A stretch of 64,000 nucleotides of DNA from an uncultured Candidatus Saccharibacteria bacterium (lineage in GTDB: Bacteria; Patescibacteriota; WWE3; UBA101185; 2-01-FULL-41-18), in assembly GCA_964636285.1 (NCBI GenBank), contig CAZWQF010000002.1, positions 73,669-137,668 of the forward strand. Direction: 5' to 3'. The position numbers and the translations under genes were made by a program. The notes beneath the pieces were generated by a model. That model ran no database searches and was not told where the DNA came from. It was given only the letters and a program-made list of their open reading frames with translations. The first letter of the stretch is position 1. Every line of letters starts with the position of its first letter. This document shows positions 48,863 through 57,331 of this stretch, piece by piece.

Positions 48863-50929
48863 TTATTTTATGAGGTATTTTTTGAGGTTTTTAATTGTAT
48901 CCCTGATCTCCGCAGCTCTCTCAAAATCAAGCATTTCAGCCTGATACTTCATGTCCAGTTCCAGGCCTTTAATGTGCTTTTTTAGCTCCTTTGGAGGCAG
49001 ATAGGCGTAATCTATATCCTGTAGCTTTTGCTTCTTTTCCTGCTCCTCCACAACAAGGTCAATTAACCTTTTTCTTATAGGCTTATTAATAGCTATGGGA
49101 GAAAGGCCATGAGATGTGTTGTAGTCGAGCTGGATTTTTCTTCTTCTGTTCACCTCTGAAAGAGCTCTCTTCATGCTATCTGTAACCCTATCGGCGTACA
49201 TAACCACATGTCCATTGATGTGCCTTGCTGCCCTACCCATGATTTGAACCAAGGATGTCTCTGAACGAAGAAACCCTTCTTTATCAGCATCAAGGATTGC
49301 AACAAGTGAAACTTCAGGAAGATCAAGGCCTTCCCTTAAAAGATTGATGCCAACTAAAACATCATACTCACCTTTTCTTAGGTCATCCAAAATATCAGAC
49401 CTTTCAAGAGTTTCAACATCCGAATGTAAATAAGTAACCTTGACCCCTCTTTCCAAAAGGTAAGAAGAAAGCTCTTCTGCCATTCGTTTTGTTAATGTGG
49501 TTACCAGCACCCTTTCTTTTTTCTTAACACATTCCTCTATTCTTCTTTCAAGATCCTGAACCTGACCTTTTGTTGGAAGAACATCTACCAATGGATCTGC
49601 AATACCAGTAGGTCTAATGAGCTGCTCCGCTGTAATACCTGAAGACATACTAATTTCCCATGGAGATGGGGTTGCGCTTGTATAAACTATCTGTGGTGTT
49701 CTTCTTAGAAATTCCTCAAACTGCAAAGGTCGGTTCTCAAGGGCAGAGGGAAGTCTAAATCCATGCTCAACAAGTGTTGATTTTCTAGATCTATCTCCAT
49801 TGTACATTGCTCTAATTTGCGGTGCAGTGATGTGGGATTCATCAATTATTGTCAAAAAATCACCTCTAAAGAAATCAAGAAGCGTATACGGTGCTTCTCC
49901 AGTTTGACGCCCATCAAAGTATTGAGAATAGTTTTCTATGCCCTTGCAATACCCAATCTCTTTAATCATCTCGATATCGTAATTAGTTCTTTGCTCAAGT
50001 CTGTAAGCAACTAACTCTTTCCCTTGAGCTCTTAGCTCTTTGAGCCTAATTGCAAGATCTTCCTCAATTCTTTTAAGAGCCGACTCTCGCCTGTCCTCAG
50101 CTGTTATGTAGTGCTTAGCTGGGAAAATGATTGTAAAATCACCTTCCAGCATCCTATGTTCCAAAAAGTCCTGTTCATTTTGAGTTTGAGATTTTGTATG
50201 ACTTCCCCGTCTTTCCGATGGTAAAGATTTTCTGTCTACTATTATTCCTGTTATAGGATCAAAGTGTTCAATAGTCTCCAGCTTTTCGTCAAAGAAATTT
50301 AATCTAACTGCATAATCCTGATAAGAAGGATAAATATCAACACTCTCTCCACGAACTCTAAAAGTACCTCTTTTAAATTCGAATTCATTTCTTTCGTAAT
50401 AAAGTTGAGTTAGCCTTTTTAAGATATCAACTTGCCTAGCTTTCATACCCGTCTTAAGCTCAAGAGCAACTTTTTCATACTCTGCGGGCGACCCAAGGTT
50501 GTAAATACAAGACACAGAAGCAACAACAATTACGTCCCTTCTTGTTAGAAGCGAATTGGTGGCAGAAAGCCTAAGTTTATCTATCTCCTCATTTATGTCA
50601 GCATCCTTTTCTATGTAAGTGTCAGTTTGAGGAATATAACTTTCTGGTTGGTAGTAGTCATAGTAGCTTACAAAATACTCAACAGCATTTTCTGGGAAAA
50701 AGTCCCTGAATTCTTGATATAACTGTGCAGCCAATGTTTTGTTGTGTGCAATAATTAGAGTAGGCTTTCCAATGTTTCTAATCAGGTTTGCTACTGTAAA
50801 AGTCTTACCTGACCCCGTAGTACCAAGAAGAACCTGATGTTGCTTGCCCGACAATACGCTACTAGTAAGTTTTTCTATTGCTACAGGTTGATCTCCTGTA
50901 GGTTCGTAATTTGCAGCTAGTTTAAACAC
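48863..50929 (-). CDS. uvrB: Excinuclease ABC subunit B
   Basis: Walker A GTTGSGKTFT. DEAH-like IIDESH. C-terminal UVR domain ...DFERAAEIRDTIKNLKK. Confidence 0.97.
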   Translation of the reverse strand: MFKLAANYEPTGDQPVAIEKLTSSVLSGKQHQVLLGTTGSGKTFTVANLIRNIGKPTLIIAHNKTLAAQLYQEFRDFFPENAVEYFVSYYDYYQPESYIPQTDTYIEKDADINEEIDKLRLSATNSLLTRRDVIVVASVSCIYNLGSPAEYEKVALELKTGMKARQVDILKRLTQLYYERNEFEFKRGTFRVRGESVDIYPSYQDYAVRLNFFDEKLETIEHFDPITGIIVDRKSLPSERRGSHTKSQTQNEQDFLEHRMLEGDFTIIFPAKHYITAEDRRESALKRIEEDLAIRLKELRAQGKELVAYRLEQRTNYDIEMIKEIGYCKGIENYSQYFDGRQTGEAPYTLLDFFRGDFLTIIDESHITAPQIRAMYNGDRSRKSTLVEHGFRLPSALENRPLQFEEFLRRTPQIVYTSATPSPWEISMSSGITAEQLIRPTGIADPLVDVLPTKGQVQDLERRIEECVKKKERVLVTTLTKRMAEELSSYLLERGVKVTYLHSDVETLERSDILDDLRKGEYDVLVGINLLREGLDLPEVSLVAILDADKEGFLRSETSLVQIMGRAARHINGHVVMYADRVTDSMKRALSEVNRRRKIQLDYNTSHGLSPIAINKPIRKRLIDLVVEEQEKKQKLQDIDYAYLPPKELKKHIKGLELDMKYQAEMLDFERAAEIRDTIKNLKKYLIK

Positions 50930-51026
50930 AAGATAATTCTATCAAATTGAGTTTTAAATGTCTTCGGGTAATTTATGGGTTACGTAAGCTCTTGCTATAG
51001 TAACAATATTCAATACAATAAATCAT

Positions 51027-53135
51027 GTGAAAAAAGATGAGGCAATAGTTCAAGAGACAAATGCACTTAAGGAGCACTTGGAAGATCTTGATTCGTATAT
51101 AATTAAAGAAAATTCTGAATTATCTAAGTTATTCAGTAAATACAGGGATGACATCAAAGAAGCGTCAAGAGAGGCAAAAAGAGATGACGTTATTGAATCT
51201 ATGGGCATTGCCAACAAAGCAATGTCAAGAAAAGCCTACAATCAAAGAAAGGAGTTTGCAGAAAAACTAGAAAAGGTTGCAAAGTCGCCTTACTTTGGAA
51301 GAATTGACGTTAGGATTTTAGAAGACAAGGATCAAAAAACCTACTACATTGGAAAAGTTGGATTTCCAGGTTACAAGGCAAAAAAACAGATTACAGACTG
51401 GAGAGCACCTATTGCGTCGCTTTATTACAATAATCCGTTTGCACAAAAAGATGTGATCTTTGAAACAACCGCGTATAACGCACTTGATACAGATAAACAG
51501 ATTCGCTGCGACCTTAATATTAGAAGGACAATAGATATAGAAAATCGAAACCTTCTCAATGTATATGACGATGACCTAACCTCAGAAATTTCAGAAAAAG
51601 ATGGTTTCCTTGTCTCCAAACTTAAAGTAAAATCAGGTGGTGGGTTAGAAGACATCATTGAAACTATTCAAAAAGACCAGAATCAAATTCTAAGGTACTC
51701 CCCATTCAAAAATGCGATTGTCCAAGGTGTTGCAGGTAGCGGAAAGACTACAATTGCCATTCACAGAATATCTTTTATTTTTTATAACTATAAACAGCAA
51801 GTACTCCCTGCTGAAACTTTGTTTCTTTCAAACTCAAAAGTTTTAGTAAATTATTTATCAAAAAGCCTTCCTGAACTTGATATTTACAATATTAAAAAGG
51901 CCTCAACAGCCGAATTTTTGCATTCGTGTCTGGAGAAAAACCAAATTAAACTTAAAAAACCGGTCAAGCTCTTTTCGTCAAAAAAAGGCTCTCTTGAGCC
52001 GTTCCTCAAAATGAGTGATTTTATAGAAATTCTGGACACAATCTCCAAAGACATAAACTTGGAGTACAGAGAAAGACTTGAAGAGGCGCTTGAAGATCAG
52101 GAAAACGACAGCCTATCAGGCTTTACAGGCTACATACAAAAATTTTCTGATAGGCCTGTGTTTGAATTAATTAATACAATAAACGAAGACCTGAAAGACA
52201 CAAAAGACGAATTGAAAAATGATATTTCATACTCAAAAAAGAACGGGTTAAACTACGATTACAACGTCAGAAAACTTGAAAAAATAAATAGTGCACTCAA
52301 AAAAATATCAAAGCTCATGAGTGAAATAAAGATTGAGGATATTTATAGAGGTATGCTTCAAGAAAAGTATGGCGTAAGGGTTGATGAATACGAGGTCAAC
52401 CACGTCTCTGCAATTTACTACCTAGCACTAAAAGCAGGACTTATAAATAACAGGGACGACTTTAGCCTTGTTTTGGTGGATGAAGCACAAGATTTAAACA
52501 TGCTTAATTTACTCTGCATAAGAAGCTTTTCAAAGAAAAACTGCTTTAACTTTTTTGGAGATCTAAACCAATCAGTAACAAAGAAGACATCAATGCCAAC
52601 ATGGGAAACGGTAACAAAAGTATTTGGACATACAGAAACAAGCATGTTTGAGCTATTTATCAGCTATCGATCATCAAGACAGATAATAGAAAAAGCTGTA
52701 GATGTACTTGCAAGCGCTGGAATCACCAGTAATCTACCAGTTCCTGTCTCAAGAGAATCTGCAGACCCAGTTGAGAAAAAGTTTACCTCACAAAACCAGG
52801 CTTTTATTGAGATTGTAGACACTATTAGAGAGCTTAGGACTCAAAGTAATAAATCAATTGGAATTGTACTTACAGACGATGTTGATAAGGAGCATCTAAA
52901 AGAGTTGCTCATAAAGTCCGGGATCGAATCTGATACTGTTTCGGATCACTTTGATAACTTCAAAAAAGACGGGGTTTTTATAGTTCCATTAAGACTTGTT
53001 AAAGGACTTGAATTTGATACCGTGATAGCACTTAATTTTAATTCGGAAGACTTTGCAGACAAGATTGAAGGACCTTATAAGAAATTTGTTGTGATCACAA
53101 GAGCAATGAGCAACCTTTTCCTTTACTCTCTATAG
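51027..53135 (+). CDS. helD: HelD-like UvrD/Rep-superfamily (SF1) helicase
   Basis: HelD-type N-terminal domain with the SPYFGRIDV...YYIGK motif. Walker A VAGSGKTT. Motif II LVLVDEAQDL. UvrD_C-like C-terminus. Confidence 0.8.
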   Translation: MKKDEAIVQETNALKEHLEDLDSYIIKENSELSKLFSKYRDDIKEASREAKRDDVIESMGIANKAMSRKAYNQRKEFAEKLEKVAKSPYFGRIDVRILEDKDQKTYYIGKVGFPGYKAKKQITDWRAPIASLYYNNPFAQKDVIFETTAYNALDTDKQIRCDLNIRRTIDIENRNLLNVYDDDLTSEISEKDGFLVSKLKVKSGGGLEDIIETIQKDQNQILRYSPFKNAIVQGVAGSGKTTIAIHRISFIFYNYKQQVLPAETLFLSNSKVLVNYLSKSLPELDIYNIKKASTAEFLHSCLEKNQIKLKKPVKLFSSKKGSLEPFLKMSDFIEILDTISKDINLEYRERLEEALEDQENDSLSGFTGYIQKFSDRPVFELINTINEDLKDTKDELKNDISYSKKNGLNYDYNVRKLEKINSALKKISKLMSEIKIEDIYRGMLQEKYGVRVDEYEVNHVSAIYYLALKAGLINNRDDFSLVLVDEAQDLNMLNLLCIRSFSKKNCFNFFGDLNQSVTKKTSMPTWETVTKVFGHTETSMFELFISYRSSRQIIEKAVDVLASAGITSNLPVPVSRESADPVEKKFTSQNQAFIEIVDTIRELRTQSNKSIGIVLTDDVDKEHLKELLIKSGIESDTVSDHFDNFKKDGVFIVPLRLVKGLEFDTVIALNFNSEDFADKIEGPYKKFVVITRAMSNLFLYSL

Positions 53136-54325
53136 CAATAACCTTTATTCTCAACTGCAATTAAGTTATTTGGATTCACCCAGTAGCTTGAAAGTTTTAA
53201 CTTTAGCTCAGTCATTGTACTATCAATTTTTGATGCATCCACAGTTTTAGCAATTGCGGCTCTTCCAATAATCTTGTTTTTATTCATCAGAAGTTGTCTT
53301 AAAATTCTCCTCTCAGCTTCAGAAAGTTTCATTGCAACCTCATGGCCATTTATCTTCACTTTTTCGTTTTCAAAATCTACTGCAACTTGTCTCTTCATTG
53401 ATTTTTCAACCCCAACACTTCTCAAAAGACCTACAGAGATTTTATATGTTCCTTTGATCTCAGTAAGAACTCCAAGGCTAATTAAGTGCTTAAGGTCATG
53501 CTCAAGCTCTTTATCTACCTCTTTTACACCCCATACAATTTGGGATAAAAGCTTAATTTCAGACTCACTAAACGAGTCCCACATCTTTGCAACTTCTTTT
53601 TTTAAATGTAAGTTGTCATGAATGTATTTATCTATATTTTTTCTCTCCCTTGGCGAAAGATTATTTTTTAAATCCATTGCAATGCTAAAAAATGAGTCCA
53701 CGCCGCCAGTAAGTTCATATATGATTTTGAAGATTTTTGGTGAAACTCCTTTTTCTATAGATTTGAGGTATTTTTCATCTTTGGATGGGAAATAAAGGAT
53801 ATTTTCATAAATGTGAGGAGATCTACTAAACTGGCTTACATTTTCAGGATGGAATACATTAGTTTTTGTGAGGTATATGAACGAACACTTCTCGTTTGAT
53901 GCTTTAATAGATTCGTTTTTTAAGAGGATCTCCTTTGTATGCTCGCCCATAAGATCAAAGTCTTCAAAGAAGAATGCAATAACAAAATTTTTTGAGGCTA
54001 ACTCAATGACACTAGTATTAATTGCGTTATGAATATCCTCAATATTGGTTTCAAGCATTTCAACCTTATTTGAAAGCTTTTTCTCAAGAAGTGTTCTTTT
54101 TATTGAAAGTAGCATAGATTTATATAGATTATAGGGTGTCTTATTCTGGATATAAGAAACATCAATATACACTGGTATAATACTCTTTTTAAGAAGCAAG
54201 TCAGAGTGCATATTTCTAAAGAAAATAGGATAATTAGTGCCTATGCACACCTGACATGAAGCGCTTTTTCCGCCATATATAAGTTCCAACAACTGTTTTT
54301 TCTGGTCGTCCCAATGCTTATACAT
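53123..54325 (-). CDS. Putative transcriptional regulator: N-terminal degenerate P-loop/STAND-like domain fused to a C-terminal OmpR/PhoB-type winged-helix DNA-binding domain
   Basis: The C-terminal 90 aa (VAMKLSEAERRILRQLLMNKNKIIGRAAIAKTV...TMTELKLKL) matches the trans_reg_C pattern. N-terminus has a Walker-B-like FVIAFFFEDFD but no canonical GxxxxGK[ST] (only IYGGKSAS). Confidence 0.5.
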   Translation of the reverse strand: MYKHWDDQKKQLLELIYGGKSASCQVCIGTNYPIFFRNMHSDLLLKKSIIPVYIDVSYIQNKTPYNLYKSMLLSIKRTLLEKKLSNKVEMLETNIEDIHNAINTSVIELASKNFVIAFFFEDFDLMGEHTKEILLKNESIKASNEKCSFIYLTKTNVFHPENVSQFSRSPHIYENILYFPSKDEKYLKSIEKGVSPKIFKIIYELTGGVDSFFSIAMDLKNNLSPRERKNIDKYIHDNLHLKKEVAKMWDSFSESEIKLLSQIVWGVKEVDKELEHDLKHLISLGVLTEIKGTYKISVGLLRSVGVEKSMKRQVAVDFENEKVKINGHEVAMKLSEAERRILRQLLMNKNKIIGRAAIAKTVDASKIDSTMTELKLKLSSYWVNPNNLIAVENKGYCYRE

Positions 54326-54384
54326 AAGTACGAGGATTGTAGCATACTAGATAGTAATTTGGCAAGCTATAGGTTATTTTGATG

Positions 54385-54448
54385 GTTACGAAGACTTAAT
54401 TGCCGTAACTGAGGGAATCTTGACACTTCGTGTTTGCTTCGGTATACT
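54385..54448 (+). promoter_or_regulatory. Palindrome GTTACG-N13-CGTAAC (54385-54409) followed by a consensus sigma-70 promoter TTGACA (54420-54425)-N17-TATACT (54443-54448) upstream of lexA. Candidate SOS operator plus promoter.
   Basis: Read directly from sequence. The -10 ends 6 nt before the lexA ATG (54455), implying a leaderless or very short-leader transcript. CCGTAAC recurs at 54459-54465. Confidence 0.5.
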
Positions 54449-54454
54449 CAAAGT

Positions 54455-55075
54455 ATGCCCGTAACTTTATATAAAAAACAAAAACAAATACTAGATTTCA
54501 TCTCCCAATATATTCAAAAATCAGGGTATTCCCCTACCCTTCAAGAAATCGCAAGCGCAATGAGCCTATCATCGCTAGCTACGGTTCATGAGCACCTTCA
54601 GGCCTTGGTAAAAAAAGGCGTAATTAAAAGATTCGAAGGAGCTGTTCGAGGAATCGAATTAGTAGATGAAACCATTGCAGCCACTCTTAATGGAGTAGAA
54701 CTTCCCTTAATAGGATATATCGCTGCAGGTAAACCGATTGAAGCAATAGAAAACCAAACTGAAACAGTTCTTGTAAATCAGGACTTGGTCTCTAAGACTA
54801 GAAGATGCTTTGTTCTACAGGTCAAAGGCGAATCGATGATTGACGAGGGGATTTTACATGGAGACTACGTTGTAGTTGCCCAAACAGATAAGGCGGAAAA
54901 TGGTCAGATTGTTGTAGCTTTGATTGACGGTGAGTTTGCCACACTTAAAAAATTCTATAAAGAGAAAGACCGAATCAGACTGGAACCAGCAAACCCTAAT
55001 ATGCAGCCTATCTATGCAAAAAATGTTGAGGTGCAGGGAATTGTAACAGGAGTAATTAGAAGGTATGTTAAGTAA
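54455..55075 (+). CDS. lexA: LexA repressor (S24 peptidase)
   Basis: N-terminal winged-HTH LQEIASAMSLSSLATVHEHLQALVKKGVIKR. Catalytic Ser in GESMIDEGILHGDYVVV and Lys in VALIDGEFATLKKF. The ATG at 54455 is preferred over the TTG at 54434, which lies inside the promoter. Confidence 0.85.
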   Translation: MPVTLYKKQKQILDFISQYIQKSGYSPTLQEIASAMSLSSLATVHEHLQALVKKGVIKRFEGAVRGIELVDETIAATLNGVELPLIGYIAAGKPIEAIENQTETVLVNQDLVSKTRRCFVLQVKGESMIDEGILHGDYVVVAQTDKAENGQIVVALIDGEFATLKKFYKEKDRIRLEPANPNMQPIYAKNVEVQGIVTGVIRRYVK

Positions 55076-55085
55076 TGAAAAGTAA

Positions 55086-55115
55086 GCGGCGCTGCCATAA
55101 AAACGACAGCGCCAC
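55086..55115. terminator. GC-rich hairpin (stem GGCGCTG/CAGCGCC, 12-nt loop) between convergent lexA and the high-GC gene; probable bidirectional terminator
   Basis: Inverted repeat read directly from the sequence. A T-rich tract follows on the minus strand. Confidence 0.35.
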
Positions 55116-55151
55116 ATTGAACTCTCTAACCCTCATTTCGCACTTAGTAAA

Positions 55152-55751
55152 CTAGGGGTCTACGTATCCAAATTCGTATTGGTCGGGACTAGTTCTTTTC
55201 AAAGTGCAGAACGAGATCACCACCTCCCCGCTCACACTCCTCACCCAAAAACTGTAGCCTTCCTCCTCAGACCTATAAACTGTTACTGGTTGTCCTGGGA
55301 CAGGATCTTCATAAACACACACATGATCCTGTGTGATGTAGCCGTACATTTCAGACCTAAGCCAAATAATTGTGTCGTTTGGTGTTGAGAAAGCACCTGG
55401 CTGACACACAACCCCAGACTCTATTGAATCTACAACTACAGTGACTTGTTCGTTGTAGGCTGTTTTGAAAGAAAACCAAAATCCCGGAACAACAGGGACA
55501 AAAGATTCCTTCCAATGCTGCCCAAATAGTCTCCCAGATGCCTTAGTTGGAGTTGGCTCCGGAGTACGGAACACGAACTGCACAAGTCCAGCCTCCTGGG
55601 GAGTGCTAATAGGATGGGGTCTTGCCACGAGGTCATTGTACAGAGAAACCCCAACAATCATGAGAATGAACGGGCTAGCAATCACCAACATCAATAGGAC
55701 TCCAAACAGGGTGTCCAACAATCGGTTCCGAATGGCCGGTCGGTGTAACAT
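55152..55751 (-). CDS. Hypothetical membrane-anchored exported protein (199 aa) encoded in a compositionally foreign, GC-rich segment
   Basis: Longest ORF in the roughly 50-55% GC block. N-terminal TM helix LLDTLFGVLLMLVIASPFILMIVGV. No family recognised. Several overlapping ORFs in other frames here are probably high-GC artefacts. Confidence 0.45.
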   Translation of the reverse strand: MLHRPAIRNRLLDTLFGVLLMLVIASPFILMIVGVSLYNDLVARPHPISTPQEAGLVQFVFRTPEPTPTKASGRLFGQHWKESFVPVVPGFWFSFKTAYNEQVTVVVDSIESGVVCQPGAFSTPNDTIIWLRSEMYGYITQDHVCVYEDPVPGQPVTVYRSEEEGYSFWVRSVSGEVVISFCTLKRTSPDQYEFGYVDP

Positions 55752-55808
55752 CTCAGCCTCCCTTTCTTTTCACTTAGTTTTTCTTTAATATAGCAAGGAA
55801 GGAGTTTT

Positions 55809-56624
55809 ATGCAAATCGATGGATTTTCACAAGAACAAATTGAAATAGCAATTAAAGAAGTTTCAAAAAAGGATCTAGTAAAGCCTTTACCAAAGGCCAA
55901 CGATCATTCAAAACCAACACTTTACATTTTCAGGCATGGCCAGTCAGAAGATAACAAAGAATTTCTGTTTTCTGGTTGGAGAAACCCAAACATCTCTGAC
56001 CTTGGTAGAGAGCAAGCAGAAACACTAGCAGATAAACTTGCAGACGCACACTTTGACCTTGCTATTAGCTCAAACTTAAACAGGGCAAGGCAAACACTTG
56101 AAATTGTCCTAGCAAAGAATAAAAGCTGGAGCAACAATAAATTTCCTACAACAACCGATAAGTACCAGGATGAAGTGTTAACAATGCATTTAGCAAAGCT
56201 TGGTAACATTGAATCAGCGTATCCTAAGCCCAACTCCACGCCTGATGACAAAAAATATAAGAACCTGCAAGAAATTGTGAAGATTGTACTAGACGATAGA
56301 GTCATTGAAAGATCATACGGAGATCTTCAAGGTACTAGCAAAGTGGAACTGCACCTAAAAGACCCAGCATCGGAGGACAAATATAGAAGGGGTTACGACT
56401 CCACTGCTACCAATGGAGAGAGTCTTAAAATGGTTGAGATCAGAGCAAAGTTGTTCCTTGATGAGCTACTTCCATACATGAAGGAAAAGGGAATTAGTGT
56501 TGTAGTCTCATGCCATTCAAATTCAATGAGGGCTGTAAGAAGGTTTATGGAAAACCTCACTATTGAAGAGATGTGCAGGTTGGAAAATCCAACTGGAGTT
56601 GACTATGCCTCATATAACATTTGA
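55809..56624 (+). CDS. Histidine phosphatase superfamily protein (phosphoglycerate-mutase-like branch)
   Basis: RHG motif in LYIFRHGQSEDN. Downstream catalytic His in CHSNSMRAV. Confidence 0.75.
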   Translation: MQIDGFSQEQIEIAIKEVSKKDLVKPLPKANDHSKPTLYIFRHGQSEDNKEFLFSGWRNPNISDLGREQAETLADKLADAHFDLAISSNLNRARQTLEIVLAKNKSWSNNKFPTTTDKYQDEVLTMHLAKLGNIESAYPKPNSTPDDKKYKNLQEIVKIVLDDRVIERSYGDLQGTSKVELHLKDPASEDKYRRGYDSTATNGESLKMVEIRAKLFLDELLPYMKEKGISVVVSCHSNSMRAVRRFMENLTIEEMCRLENPTGVDYASYNI

Positions 56625-56779
56625 GGGTCTTGTCACATTAATGCAAACTGACGAACTTTGGTATCAAAAAGTTCACATAGTGCAAGAAGAAATCTCCAAG
56701 CTAAAAAAACAAGAGGGAAAAGAGAAGTTTAAAAAACATCCTCTTAAAAGCTACTAAATACTGTATAAAAAATAAGACT

Positions 56780-57331
56780 TTGAGAATTGGAAAGCCTATT
56801 TACAACTGGGATAAGTGGCGACTCCCAATCGATACTGTTGTCATTCACCACTCTTCATCATCACCTACAATTTCTGAAATTGAAATATCAGCAGTGCACC
56901 TACTTAACTTGTACATAAAGCAGTTCATGACTGACGAGGATGTTAAAAACACGGCAATCTATTCAGGTCACTACCCTCCAGGAGCAAATACTGACACCAA
57001 AAACATGACTTTTGCGTCATACCACTACCTAATAAGACCGAATGGAAAAGTGATTGAACTCAACCATAAAAGTGCATTCCTGTGGCATGCTGGAAACCTA
57101 GACATAAATAGAAGAAGTGTGGGGATAGTTTTTGCTGGAAAATTCACAGGAAATAAAAGGCCAACTGAAAAAGCTATTGAATCTTTCAAAAAACTAAAGT
57201 CTCAAGAATTCAAAAACATTGAAGCAGAAAGAATTTTTGGACACTGCGAAGTAATTAAAAAAGAAATACTAGGTACAACAGAATGCCCAGGCGAATCGCT
57301 TGCTATGTGGAAGAAATACCTATTAAGCTAG
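56780..57331 (+). CDS. N-acetylmuramoyl-L-alanine amidase, Amidase_2 / PGRP domain
   Basis: Zn-ligand pattern VVIHHSS... YHYLIRPNGKV... HCEV...TECPG, typical of the family. Confidence 0.7.
   Translation: MRIGKPIYNWDKWRLPIDTVVIHHSSSSPTISEIEISAVHLLNLYIKQFMTDEDVKNTAIYSGHYPPGANTDTKNMTFASYHYLIRPNGKVIELNHKSAFLWHAGNLDINRRSVGIVFAGKFTGNKRPTEKAIESFKKLKSQEFKNIEAERIFGHCEVIKKEILGTTECPGESLAMWKKYLLS

Noticed and set aside
55143-55790. Considered whether the high-GC segment is a structured RNA gene (tmRNA, RNase P RNA, SRP RNA), since these are GC-rich in AT-rich genomes.
   Set aside because: No tRNA-like 3' end or tag-peptide reading frame (ANDENYALAA-like) for tmRNA. No AGGAAAGUCCGGGC / ACAGAACCCGGCUUA P4 elements for RNase P. 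No AGGUCAGGUCCGGAAGGAAGCAGC for SRP RNA. The segment contains a 199-codon ORF with a plausible N-terminal TM helix instead. An RNA role cannot be fully excluded without a covariance-model search.
55179-55900. Overlapping ORFs in other frames of the GC-rich block (55179-55388 +, 55436-55657 -, 55465-55788 +, 55691-55900 -).
   Set aside because: High GC suppresses stop codons, so multiple long ORFs are expected by chance. None is longer than the 199 aa minus-strand ORF, and none has recognisable features.
56605-56757. 64 aa ORF (ORF track 56563-56757; 50 aa from the internal ATG at 56605) overlapping the end of the histidine phosphatase gene.
   Set aside because: Lys/Glu-rich low-complexity sequence with no motif. 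It overlaps a confident gene by 20-60 nt. Kept only as a possible micro-protein, not reported as a feature.
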